From Erysipelotrichaceae bacterium (GTDB lineage Bacteria; Bacillota_I; Bacilli_A; Erysipelotrichales; Erysipelotrichaceae), in NCBI GenBank assembly GCA_022767445.1, contig JALENJ010000035.1:33932-97931 (forward strand): a DNA stretch of 64,000 nt, in the 5' to 3' direction. Made by a program: the position numbers and the translations under genes. Below the pieces are notes generated by a model that searched no databases, was not told the DNA's origin, and was given only the letters and a program-made list of their open reading frames with translations. The stretch's first letter is position 1; each line of letters starts with the position of its first letter. Below, piece after piece: positions 49,348-57,885 of the stretch.

Positions 49348-50353
49348 AATAGAAGTCATCATCCGGCAAGTTGCCACCGACAGCCTGTGTACTCTGCTCA
49401 TATAATACATTCAAGTATCCGGATAGCTTTTCTTTCATACTATCACCGCTGATAAATGTAATATTGCAGAAAGGCAATGCTTTTTCGGCAACTGCTGAGG
49501 CAATGATATCATAGGATTCAATATATGTCGCTGCTTCTTTAGGATTCTCATTGACAAAGTTGATACTAGCTTCATATTTCTCCATGAAATCTTCTACTGC
49601 TTCAGGGTGTGCTTCAATAAAATCTTTACGTGCTACAACAACACCAGTGATTAATGAACTCTTGTTTTCACGATTCTCTTGGAGTGCATCCCACTCTTTT
49701 GTTAGGTCTAGTGCTGAGTGAATTTGATTGTTTTTAGCAGCTGCAGCTGTTACGAATGGTTGTGGTAACATCGCAATCGCATTTGGATCTTGTGCTAATG
49801 CCGCAACACATTCCGCATGTTCGCTCTTCCATTCAATCATCACATCCACACCTGGTTTTAAACCATTCTCTTCAAGAATGTAATTCAATACATATTCAGG
49901 TGTAGCACCCTTACCACTTGCGTTGATTGTCTTACCCTTTAAATCCTGTGCTGAGTGAATGGTATCTCCTGTTTCACAGATATAAAGTACACCTAATGTA
50001 TTGATTGCTAGTACATCGATTTGCTTGTCTGTTTTATTGTATAAAACAGATGCTAGGTTTGCAGGTAATGCGGCGATATCAACATCACCCTTTACAAGTT
50101 TTGGTGTAACTTCATCAATTGCGGATACAATCTCAAATTGATAATTGTTTGAAGTAATATTGCCCTCATCACTTTCTTTCATCATTTGTACCATACCCAT
50201 TGCGGTAGGTCCTTTGAGTGCAGCAACCTTAACTTCAGTTGGTTCTACCTCCTTCTTAGATGTTGCGCCTGTTTGCTTATTTTTAGGCGTACATCCAGCT
50301 AGAAGTGCTACTGACATCACAATAGCGGATAATTTCTTACAAATCCCTTTCAT
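49334..50353 (-). CDS. ABC transporter substrate-binding lipoprotein (NMT1/THI5-like)
   Basis: Signal peptide with lipobox LLAGC. Operon context with the permease and ATPase. Confidence 0.75.
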   Translation of the reverse strand: MKGICKKLSAIVMSVALLAGCTPKNKQTGATSKKEVEPTEVKVAALKGPTAMGMVQMMKESDEGNITSNNYQFEIVSAIDEVTPKLVKGDVDIAALPANLASVLYNKTDKQIDVLAINTLGVLYICETGDTIHSAQDLKGKTINASGKGATPEYVLNYILEENGLKPGVDVMIEWKSEHAECVAALAQDPNAIAMLPQPFVTAAAAKNNQIHSALDLTKEWDALQENRENKSSLITGVVVARKDFIEAHPEAVEDFMEKYEASINFVNENPKEAATYIESYDIIASAVAEKALPFCNITFISGDSMKEKLSGYLNVLYEQSTQAVGGNLPDDDFYYGTK

Positions 50354-50952
50354 TTTATCTCCCTTCTGATATAGATATCACTATGATTTGTGTAGATCAT
50401 ATTCTCATTTTTATATCGTGCAAATTGACGATAGAGTGTTGATTTACTAATACCAAGCTGTGTCGCTAACTCCTCTCTGGTAATTGACATTTCTACTTTA
50501 CCATCCTTACCTGCATGTGTTTCTAAATACATCAAGATACGATCACTGGATGACTGCATGGTAAGCTCTTCTATTCTTCTTAGTAGGAATTGTATCTTGG
50601 TATTGCATAAAACAAGATAACTTTCCAATATCTTTGGATTAGTGGCTAAGGCTTGTTTTAGATATGCCTTTGGAATAAACCTTACGATAGTTGGTTGACT
50701 TGCCTTCAATACTGTCTCTAAATCATTTTTAACATATAGATTACAGATTCCAAACATATCATCTTGATGTAGCGTAGATAGCTTTAACTCTCTACCATCC
50801 AAAGCAACAGAATAAACATCAATACAACCCTTTGTAATGATGCCAACATATTCTTGACCATTGATGGTATCCACTACCATCTGACCTTTACGTAGCTTTT
50901 TCTCAATGATGATCGATGAATCTATATTCATATAATCAAATAGTGGAATCAT
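50350..50952 (-). CDS. Crp/Fnr-family transcriptional regulator
   Basis: 200 aa. N-terminal cNMP-binding-like beta-roll and C-terminal HTH (REELATQLGISKSTLYRQF). Overlaps the downstream gene by 4 nt. Confidence 0.8.
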   Translation of the reverse strand: MIPLFDYMNIDSSIIIEKKLRKGQMVVDTINGQEYVGIITKGCIDVYSVALDGRELKLSTLHQDDMFGICNLYVKNDLETVLKASQPTIVRFIPKAYLKQALATNPKILESYLVLCNTKIQFLLRRIEELTMQSSSDRILMYLETHAGKDGKVEMSITREELATQLGISKSTLYRQFARYKNENMIYTNHSDIYIRREIK

Positions 50953-51097
50953 GATTATGTCCTCATCAGTTAGTTACTGCTAACACGAAAAATTATACCA
51001 TAGACTATCTCGATTACAATATCATAAAAGTCTCATGTGAGAGTGTTATTTTTAGGAATATCTTTTATCGTATTCATAAACGAAAGAAGGTGTATGC

Positions 51098-51808
51098 ATG
51101 AAACAAATCGTCATGTTAAGTGGAGCGAATGCATGTGGTAAAACTGCTATCCTCAATTGGTTATTACCATTCATGCAAAAAAATAACCAAAAAATCAGTA
51201 TCTGTAAGTTCGATTGTGTCGATGATAGTGATTGTAAGACATTTCAAAAGTTCAATATACCTGTTGCCAGTGGCATCAGTCATGATATCTGTCCAGACCA
51301 CTTCCTCGTCTCCAACTTTATCGAGTTATACCAATGGAGTAAACAGAAAGATAGTGATTATCTATTTATTGAAACAGCAGGTTTGTGTAATCGCTGCTCG
51401 CCAGCGACCAAGAATATCCTATCTTTATATGTCATTGATAGTACCTGTAGTACCAAAGCCCCATCCCATATGGGACCTATGTTAACAAAGGCAGATTCGA
51501 TTATCCTCACCAAAATTGATATGATCTCCCAAGCAGAGAAGGAAATCATCTACTTTAACATTCAAAAAGAAAATCCAAATGCAAAAATCTTCTGTGTCGA
51601 TAGTCTATCCGGATATGGAATTGAATCCATTGGTCGCTTTATCCTAACAAAAGAATCTGTAGATGACTTCGATCATGACTCACTACGTCATACCATGCCA
51701 TCTGGCGTATGTTCCTATTGCCTTGGTGAAAGAAGAATCGGTTCCGCCTATCAACAAGGATGTGTAGAAAAGATCGCATTTCAACAGGAGGACACATGCA
51801 TAAAATAA
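51098..51808 (+). CDS. G3E-family P-loop GTPase, HypB/UreG-like putative metallochaperone
   Basis: Walker A GANACGKT. ISHDICPDH aligns with the HypB Cys-His metal site. DYLFIETAGLCNRCSP aligns with LIIENVGNLVCP. ILTKIDM is an NKxD-like motif. Extra Cys clusters are CKFDCVDDSDC and CSYC. Confidence 0.7.
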   Translation: MKQIVMLSGANACGKTAILNWLLPFMQKNNQKISICKFDCVDDSDCKTFQKFNIPVASGISHDICPDHFLVSNFIELYQWSKQKDSDYLFIETAGLCNRCSPATKNILSLYVIDSTCSTKAPSHMGPMLTKADSIILTKIDMISQAEKEIIYFNIQKENPNAKIFCVDSLSGYGIESIGRFILTKESVDDFDHDSLRHTMPSGVCSYCLGERRIGSAYQQGCVEKIAFQQEDTCIK

Positions 51809-52539
51809 CAATCTATCCAGGTTTTGATAAAGACCACAACCCAGAAAACTTCGATGTCTTAAATCTTTACCCTTCTAAGATATACGCAATCGTTGGTAAT
51901 ACTGGCTCAGGAAAAAGCAGATTACTAAAAGACATCGAACAACTCGTAAACAAAGATTCCATTAGTAAAAGAGTTGTTACAATCAATGATCAACAGATTG
52001 ATATAGAACAACGCTTTACATTCACCAATCAGATGATTGCCCATCTCAGTCAAAACATGCGATTTACACTTGATATCACTGTTGATGAATTCATCAACCT
52101 ACATAAATCATGTCGTAAAAAAGATATCCCTAACAGTGAAGTCATTCATCTAGCTAATACCATCACTGCTGAACCCATCCATAGTAGTATGAGTTTAAAT
52201 CTATTAAGTGGTGGCCAAAGCAGAGCTTTGATGATCGCAGATATCGCATGTATATGTGATAGCCCTATCGTGTTAATCGATGAAATTGAAAATGCAGGTA
52301 TCGATAAGATGAAAGCGATGTATGCATTATGTAAACAAGACAAGATTATCTTAATCGTCACCCATGATGTCCATACTGCTTTATTAGCAAATGAAAGAAT
52401 CATCATGAATAATGGTAGTATCTCTATGATTCTTGCCAAAAATAAAGCAGAAGAAACACTATGCAAACAACTAGGTGTTGCCTACCAAAAACAACTAGAC
52501 ATGCAGAAAAGGTTACGTACAGGAGAACGTTGTATATGA
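51796..52539 (+). CDS. stand-alone ABC-type ATPase with no cognate permease in the cluster
   Basis: Start refined to MHKITIY with AGGAGG upstream, overlapping the GTPase gene end. Walker A GNTGSGKS, signature LSGGQSR, Walker B VLIDEIE, H-loop VTHD. Confidence 0.8.
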   Translation: MHKITIYPGFDKDHNPENFDVLNLYPSKIYAIVGNTGSGKSRLLKDIEQLVNKDSISKRVVTINDQQIDIEQRFTFTNQMIAHLSQNMRFTLDITVDEFINLHKSCRKKDIPNSEVIHLANTITAEPIHSSMSLNLLSGGQSRALMIADIACICDSPIVLIDEIENAGIDKMKAMYALCKQDKIILIVTHDVHTALLANERIIMNNGSISMILAKNKAEETLCKQLGVAYQKQLDMQKRLRTGERCI

Positions 52540-53453
52540 GAAAAGTTACGCTATTTTGGAATCACATTTGTATTTTACATAACTTTGAAAAGCAGTATCT
52601 TTCCAAAGTAAAACAGCAGTTATTACAAGAGGATATTGATTTAGATATTCATTACTTTGGTCTTGGTTATCCATCTCATATGTGTGAGTATCTCTCTAGC
52701 CATGATGATCTACCTGATTTAATTGTGAGTGCTGATCTAGAAGTGATTGAAAATCATAAGATTTACAATCATCTAGGTGATTTACATGCATGTTCCTTGT
52801 GGCTAGAGAGTAAACACTCATTGCTTATCGATAGTGTCCAAAGAAATGAATATCTACTCCCTCTTGTCATTATTCCACTTATCTACTACGCAAATATTAA
52901 AGATGAAAACTTGGATATCCTTTCACTTTCCAAAAAACACAAACTATCATTTGGTGGTATCAACAACTCAGCAGTCAAGACCATCGTCAAATCACTTTGG
53001 CAACAGAAAGGACCAGAGTTTTGTGATACATTACTCAGCGATAGCCACGTATACGATATGCCAATTAATGCCTTTCAAAGTGTACGTGCCAAGCAAAATG
53101 ATATCGCTCTTGTGCCATCCCTATACGGATTACGTGCAGACCAACAAGAAACATTTATGTATACACCAAAAGAAGGTCCCTTCTTACTACCATCTTACTT
53201 TATCGCAAGAAAATCGATCGATGAAGATTTAGCGAAGTATGTATTACAAAAGATTATGCAGAAAGAACTGTTGGATTTCTATGTACAACAAGGTGATTTA
53301 ATCAGTTGTATCAACAATACAACACTGACTTCCACACAAGAAAAAATGCATCGATGCATGCATGTTAAGCAATCCTTCATCGATACATTAGATGATTCTG
53401 TATTCTATGATTTTTTCTTATCTCATTTTCCAAATGCACATGACATCCGTTAG
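52536..53453 (+). CDS. signal-less periplasmic-binding-protein-like protein
   Basis: Start refined to MRKVTLFW (ATGA overlap with the upstream stop, AGGAGA RBS). No signal peptide or lipobox. DLPDLIVSADLEVIE resembles the ..D(L/V)F(I/V)SAD.. block of ModA/Fbp-type binding proteins. The fold call is tentative. Confidence 0.45.
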   Translation: MRKVTLFWNHICILHNFEKQYLSKVKQQLLQEDIDLDIHYFGLGYPSHMCEYLSSHDDLPDLIVSADLEVIENHKIYNHLGDLHACSLWLESKHSLLIDSVQRNEYLLPLVIIPLIYYANIKDENLDILSLSKKHKLSFGGINNSAVKTIVKSLWQQKGPEFCDTLLSDSHVYDMPINAFQSVRAKQNDIALVPSLYGLRADQQETFMYTPKEGPFLLPSYFIARKSIDEDLAKYVLQKIMQKELLDFYVQQGDLISCINNTTLTSTQEKMHRCMHVKQSFIDTLDDSVFYDFFLSHFPNAHDIR

Positions 53454-53803
53454 GAAGCTCTTGTGCCATTTGGCAATGAATTTTCAGATAACAACATGGT
53501 ATCAGGAATACCATCTTCATATCCCAATGTTACAAGCATTCCATGGGAAGTAATGCCCATAATCTTTCTAGGTGCTAGATTGACTAAGAAGAGTGCTTGT
53601 TTTCCTTCTACTGTTTTGTAGTCGTCACGTACTTCACGTAAGCTACAGATGATTATGCGTGGTTGTTCTTCTCCTAAGTCTACCGTTAGCTTTGTTAGTT
53701 TTGTTGATTTTTCAACATCCTCTACTTTAGTGATTGTGCCGACTCTTAGATCTAGTTGATCAAAGACATCGATTGATACTTCTTTTTTCATTTCTTTTGC
53801 CAT
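53450..53803 (-). CDS. tRNA-binding domain protein (CsaA / EMAP-like OB fold)
   Basis: 117 aa. FDQLDLRVGTITKVEDV...LVNLAPRKIMGITSHGML matches the tRNA_bind domain pattern. Confidence 0.75.
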   Translation of the reverse strand: MAKEMKKEVSIDVFDQLDLRVGTITKVEDVEKSTKLTKLTVDLGEEQPRIIICSLREVRDDYKTVEGKQALFLVNLAPRKIMGITSHGMLVTLGYEDGIPDTMLLSENSLPNGTRAS

Positions 53804-53818
53804 AAATATTCCCTCTTT

Positions 53819-54349
53819 CTACTTTTGTGTATCATCCACTAAGACCTTTACAATTTCTCCAACAAAGAAATGATGGAAGTCCTTGAGTGGATAGGATTCT
53901 GAAACGATTTCTGGATCGTTGAAACCTTCTTCATTGAGTCTACCTGTATATAGTTTGCGACATACAAATACATATTTTGATTCCCCAATATATGTTGTTT
54001 CATCTTCAAATACAGGAGTTAAGTTTGCGGCTTTAAACTTATCCATATCCCTACCTGATTTACTACCAAACAGTGCTAATGCTTTCTTCTGCTCAGCCGG
54101 CAAGACATTGACTGTGAAGTACTCTTCTTGTTGCATAAACTTCAGTGTATAACGAGAAGGTCTAACATAGACGAGGATCGTTGGTAAGTTATGTTGTGAT
54201 TTTCTTCCCCATATAGATCCAAAATGACCCCAGGAAACAGTCATACCGTTATAACCATCTGCTTGATTACCAGCACAAACTACCATCCAATCATTCGCTA
54301 CCATCGTCATCGGATTTAATGTTAAGTTTTGATATTTAATTTCTTTCAT
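53819..54349 (-). CDS. flavin reductase-like split-barrel protein
   Basis: Start refined to MKEIKYQNL. MVANDWMVVCAGN...NGMTVSWG is typical of the flavin reductase-like domain. Confidence 0.55.
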   Translation of the reverse strand: MKEIKYQNLTLNPMTMVANDWMVVCAGNQADGYNGMTVSWGHFGSIWGRKSQHNLPTILVYVRPSRYTLKFMQQEEYFTVNVLPAEQKKALALFGSKSGRDMDKFKAANLTPVFEDETTYIGESKYVFVCRKLYTGRLNEEGFNDPEIVSESYPLKDFHHFFVGEIVKVLVDDTQK

Positions 54350-54367
54350 ATCCTCACCCACTTTCGT

Positions 54368-55156
54368 CTAAATTATACGATATTTTCTAAGTGCGTGGTA
54401 AATACCATCATCATCGATATCTTTTGTAATGTAATTCGCAACTTGTTTCACATTGTCATTTCCATTGCCCATGGCAATGGATAAACCAACCATCTTTAAC
54501 ATGGAAACATCGTTATCACCATCCCCAAATGCCATACATTCACTAGCATCCAGATGATAATATTCTAATATTTCTTGAATTCCTTTATCTTTACCACCAC
54601 CCTTAGCGATAATATCTCTGGCATCTGGATGCCAAGAGGTTGCTTTAGAGTGTGGCATTATGTTTAATACGGATTGGATTTGTTCATCAGACAATCCGTA
54701 TGGAATTAGCTGTAGAATATCTTCATTCTCTGTATTGGAAGTATCTTTTATCGTAGGTACTTGTGAACTGATATCCTTTTGTACACGCTGTACCAATGCA
54801 TTTGCGTAGTTGATATACATTTCATGTTGGTTGATAAATATACATGGAAAGGGATTATCCTTAAGATACTGTAATAGATGATGTAAGTCCTGTTTATCAA
54901 TTGGGTGAGATGATATCAATTGATCAGCTTGTAAGCATAACATCCCATTCAAACATAGATAAGCGTCAAACTTTAATTCATCTGGTAATAGCCTTGCGAT
55001 TTCGATTGGATGTCTACCCGTCGCAACAATCGTAAGGATACCTTGTTTACGTAATTGTTCTATAGATTGGATAGTTGATTTATTTACGCCATGCGTTCGA
55101 TGGGATACAAGTGTTCCATCCACATCGAAAAATACAGCTTTGATTTGTTTATTCAT
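54368..55156 (-). CDS. Cof-type HAD-IIB phosphatase
   Basis: FFDVDGTL, ATGRHP and FGDGDNDVSML motifs. Confidence 0.85.
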   Translation of the reverse strand: MNKQIKAVFFDVDGTLVSHRTHGVNKSTIQSIEQLRKQGILTIVATGRHPIEIARLLPDELKFDAYLCLNGMLCLQADQLISSHPIDKQDLHHLLQYLKDNPFPCIFINQHEMYINYANALVQRVQKDISSQVPTIKDTSNTENEDILQLIPYGLSDEQIQSVLNIMPHSKATSWHPDARDIIAKGGGKDKGIQEILEYYHLDASECMAFGDGDNDVSMLKMVGLSIAMGNGNDNVKQVANYITKDIDDDGIYHALRKYRII

Positions 55157-55165
55157 TTATCACCT

Positions 55166-55212
55166 GTAAAAAAGGTAAGTTGTACATACATAATGTATTC
55201 ACTTACCTTTTT
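55166..55212 (-). terminator. hairpin terminator between reductase B and the Cof phosphatase gene
   Basis: aaaggtaagt (55171-55180) / acttaccttt (55201-55210), flanked by an A-run and a T-run, so potentially bidirectional. Confidence 0.6.
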
Positions 55213-55222
55213 ACTATATCTT

Positions 55223-57076
55223 TTATTGTTTTTGGTTACAATATATCGCAGCGTTTTGACCTGCCAATCTTCCTGAAGTTAGTGCATAACCCTGGGCGAT
55301 ACCACCATAAGTTGGATATGCCTTTTCACTGGCGAATAATACCCCAATGGAATCATTACCAACCACAAAAACATTCTCTATTGATTCATTTTTGTTGGTT
55401 AATAAGTTGAATTGCGCATCCACATCAACACCACCTGTGGATGAATACACATAGGCAGCTCCTTTAATCGCATAGAACTTACCACTAGTCTTACCGTGAA
55501 CATTCTTAATATTCAACCTAATGCCTAATGCATTGGATAAACCCCCAATACTTTCAGCCACAACAACATCATTATAGCTTTCTCCCATGGATAAGATTGC
55601 CTCTATATTTGGGATTGGAGTTTTCGGTACATAATTGCCACCTTGTGATAAGAATAGTGGCTTGTTGAAACTATCCATTCCAACCGTCTTGATTGCGCTG
55701 ATATCATCAGCGTTATAGATTGCATAGAACTCATCGCCAGCTTTCCATGCATTAAAAGATAGATTACTATCCACTTTATCACGGAATAAGTTACCCTGTT
55801 TATCTACCAATACCGCATCGTTATCCAACAGTAATGATGTTAGGATTGCTTTATCATCTGCGCTGACTTCATCATCTCTAATGATATTCGATAATTGTGC
55901 AATGTGATTTTCCACTGCCACATCAGGATTGTATAGTGCACCACCAATTGAGGTAGCCATTTGAATACCAGCACCTTTACATTGTGTCATGGCATGCGTA
56001 TGCCAAGTATAACCTGTATACTGCTTACTCATCTGTGGATTGCCAATATAACCACCAGTAGCGAGTATAATACTCTTACCATAGATTTTATACTTTGCGC
56101 CATCATAGCGAGTTGCTTTCACACCGATTACATCTCCACTTTTATTCAGCAGGAAGCCATCTGCAGTCAATTCTAATTCATATGCATTCTTTGGATTTTT
56201 ACTGGTAGCCAATTTCATAGAATTGATATAAGCATGATCTTTATCAACACCTGTTTTATCGGCATACATTGTCCATACATTCCACAGTTTGGGATGATAG
56301 AATGAAAACATTTTGTTACCAAACTGGAAATCATACTGATTTTCTAACCAATCAATTGTATTACCGGATTCATTGATAAACTCTCGTACGAGATCTTCTT
56401 TGGCATCATTGTCGGTATATTCCAGCCAATCCTGAATCAAGCTTTCACGATCGACAAATGGTTGGCCTTGATTTAACTCTACTTGTCTTGATGGATTGAT
56501 CGCCATCGCACCTGCACTCATCGCACCATTGCCACCAAGCTTTCCAGCACTATCCAAGCCAAAGACAGATACGCCTTGACTTGCGGCACTTAGATAAGAA
56601 GCGATACCAGAAGCACCAAGACCAACAACGATCACATCATAATCCTCTATTTGAACGACCTCAGTTGATTTGGCAATTGGTGTCATCCACTCACTTGAAT
56701 CACCACCATTTTCATCAATGATACTCTTGATGATAGTCCTAGCCGCATTACTAGAGACAGTGGCACCGGTAATGTTATCTACCGCAAGTGATTGAGATTC
56801 TATAATACGTGGATAAAATCTTTCTTCCACGGTTTGATATACATTTGCATTACTACCTGCATCGATTGTTTCAATCGAAGTGATTTGATTATCCTGAAAT
56901 GTAACTCTTAGATTCATCTCACTTTCAACACTGTATGATTCTGCTTTTCCTTCGTATGTACCATCCTGTACGGATTTCTGTTTCACACCAACATATGCAT
57001 TCGTCGCAAAACCTGCTGTACATCCACTCAAAACAAAAGTACAGACAAGAGCTACACATATCCCCTTATGATTCAT
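55223..57076 (-). CDS. lipoprotein with an FMN_bind domain plus an FAD-dependent oxidoreductase domain (divergent, KstD-like rather than fumarate-reductase-like) - reductase B
   Basis: Start refined to MNHKGICVALVCTFVLSGC (lipobox) with GGAGGG upstream. Flavinylation-type motif DNITGATVSS. Dinucleotide fold DVIVVGLGASG. Lacks the HxxMGG and HGxNRLGGN blocks. Confidence 0.7.
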   Translation of the reverse strand: MNHKGICVALVCTFVLSGCTAGFATNAYVGVKQKSVQDGTYEGKAESYSVESEMNLRVTFQDNQITSIETIDAGSNANVYQTVEERFYPRIIESQSLAVDNITGATVSSNAARTIIKSIIDENGGDSSEWMTPIAKSTEVVQIEDYDVIVVGLGASGIASYLSAASQGVSVFGLDSAGKLGGNGAMSAGAMAINPSRQVELNQGQPFVDRESLIQDWLEYTDNDAKEDLVREFINESGNTIDWLENQYDFQFGNKMFSFYHPKLWNVWTMYADKTGVDKDHAYINSMKLATSKNPKNAYELELTADGFLLNKSGDVIGVKATRYDGAKYKIYGKSIILATGGYIGNPQMSKQYTGYTWHTHAMTQCKGAGIQMATSIGGALYNPDVAVENHIAQLSNIIRDDEVSADDKAILTSLLLDNDAVLVDKQGNLFRDKVDSNLSFNAWKAGDEFYAIYNADDISAIKTVGMDSFNKPLFLSQGGNYVPKTPIPNIEAILSMGESYNDVVVAESIGGLSNALGIRLNIKNVHGKTSGKFYAIKGAAYVYSSTGGVDVDAQFNLLTNKNESIENVFVVGNDSIGVLFASEKAYPTYGGIAQGYALTSGRLAGQNAAIYCNQKQ

Positions 57077-57115
57077 GTTCCCTCCGATTATATGCAATAA
57101 ACTTTAATTGATTTG

Positions 57116-57145
57116 AATATACCCCATTAAACATGACTATGTCAA
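57116..57145 (-). promoter_or_regulatory. sigma-70-type promoter for reductase B
   Basis: Minus strand reads TTGACA (57140-57145), then 18 nt, then TATATT (57116-57121), about 40 nt upstream of the ATG at 57076. Confidence 0.5.
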
Positions 57146-57170
57146 CATGCATTCATGTTAAATGCATGTT
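57144..57170 (-). promoter_or_regulatory. 9-bp inverted repeat rich in CATG abutting the -35 box; candidate response-regulator site
   Basis: aacatgcat (57144-57152) / atgcatgtt (57162-57170). Further ACATG/CATGTT copies lie at 57130-57136 and 57153-57159. Confidence 0.35.
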
Positions 57171-57171
57171 T

Positions 57172-57885
57172 TTACATATTTTGACTATATTGTTTTGGTG
57201 AAACACCAACGATACGTTTAAATACCTGTGAGAAGTAGTACTGATTACTATACCCACAAGCTTCCGCGATCTCATACATCTTCATATTCAGATATTGACT
57301 ACGTATGAGCTTCTTTGCATGCATGATTCGCTCTTCTGTTAGTACATCAATAAATGATTTCGATAGTTCTTTCTTTAGTAACTTCGTAATATATCCTTCA
57401 CTCATCTGCATACTATTCGCCAAATCACTCAGTGCATAGTTTTCATTCGCGATGTTTTGTTGTATCTGCAATACCATACGTTTTACAAGTGGCGAATGGG
57501 CATCTTGTTCGTATTGACTTGCTTTGTGTATCGCCAGTGTGATGACATCAATAAATTCTTTAGCATCCACTGGCTTTAGTAGATAGCGAAATACGCCTTC
57601 TGTTAATGCTTGCTGGGCATACTTAAAATCATTATATCCAGAGATAATAATCAAAATGATATCCTGATTGATTAAGCGTATTTCGTGAATCAATTCCAAA
57701 CCATTTTTAAAGGGCATATTGATATCAATCAGTGCAACATCAATCTGTTGTTGACTCATGATTTTGAGTGCTTCCTCTCCATTTGAGGCTAGTTCAATAT
57801 GATTGACAGGTAACTTTGCCTTTACAATTCTTTTTGCAAAGTTTACACGTATCATCTCTTCATCATCTGCAATTAATATATTCAT
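57172..57885 (-). CDS. response regulator with an AraC-type HTH output (YesN-like)
   Basis: REC domain (ILIADDEE, VALIDINMP, K in LLKP). C-terminal AraC signature (CGYSNQYYFSQVFKRIVGVSPKQY). Confidence 0.85.
   Translation of the reverse strand: MNILIADDEEMIRVNFAKRIVKAKLPVNHIELASNGEEALKIMSQQQIDVALIDINMPFKNGLELIHEIRLINQDIILIIISGYNDFKYAQQALTEGVFRYLLKPVDAKEFIDVITLAIHKASQYEQDAHSPLVKRMVLQIQQNIANENYALSDLANSMQMSEGYITKLLKKELSKSFIDVLTEERIMHAKKLIRSQYLNMKMYEIAEACGYSNQYYFSQVFKRIVGVSPKQYSQNM

Noticed and set aside
50969-50984. GTTAG-N6-CTAAC inverted repeat in the Crp/Fnr-GTPase divergent promoter region, as a candidate Crp-family site
   Set aside because: A repeat with 5-bp arms is expected by chance in AT-rich DNA, and it does not match TGTGA-N6-TCACA or TTGAT-N4-ATCAA consensus half-sites.
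51120-51485. 121-aa alternative-frame ORF inside the HypB-like GTPase gene
   Set aside because: It sits on the same strand but out of frame with an ORF that carries clear G3E motifs, and it has no motifs or RBS of its own.
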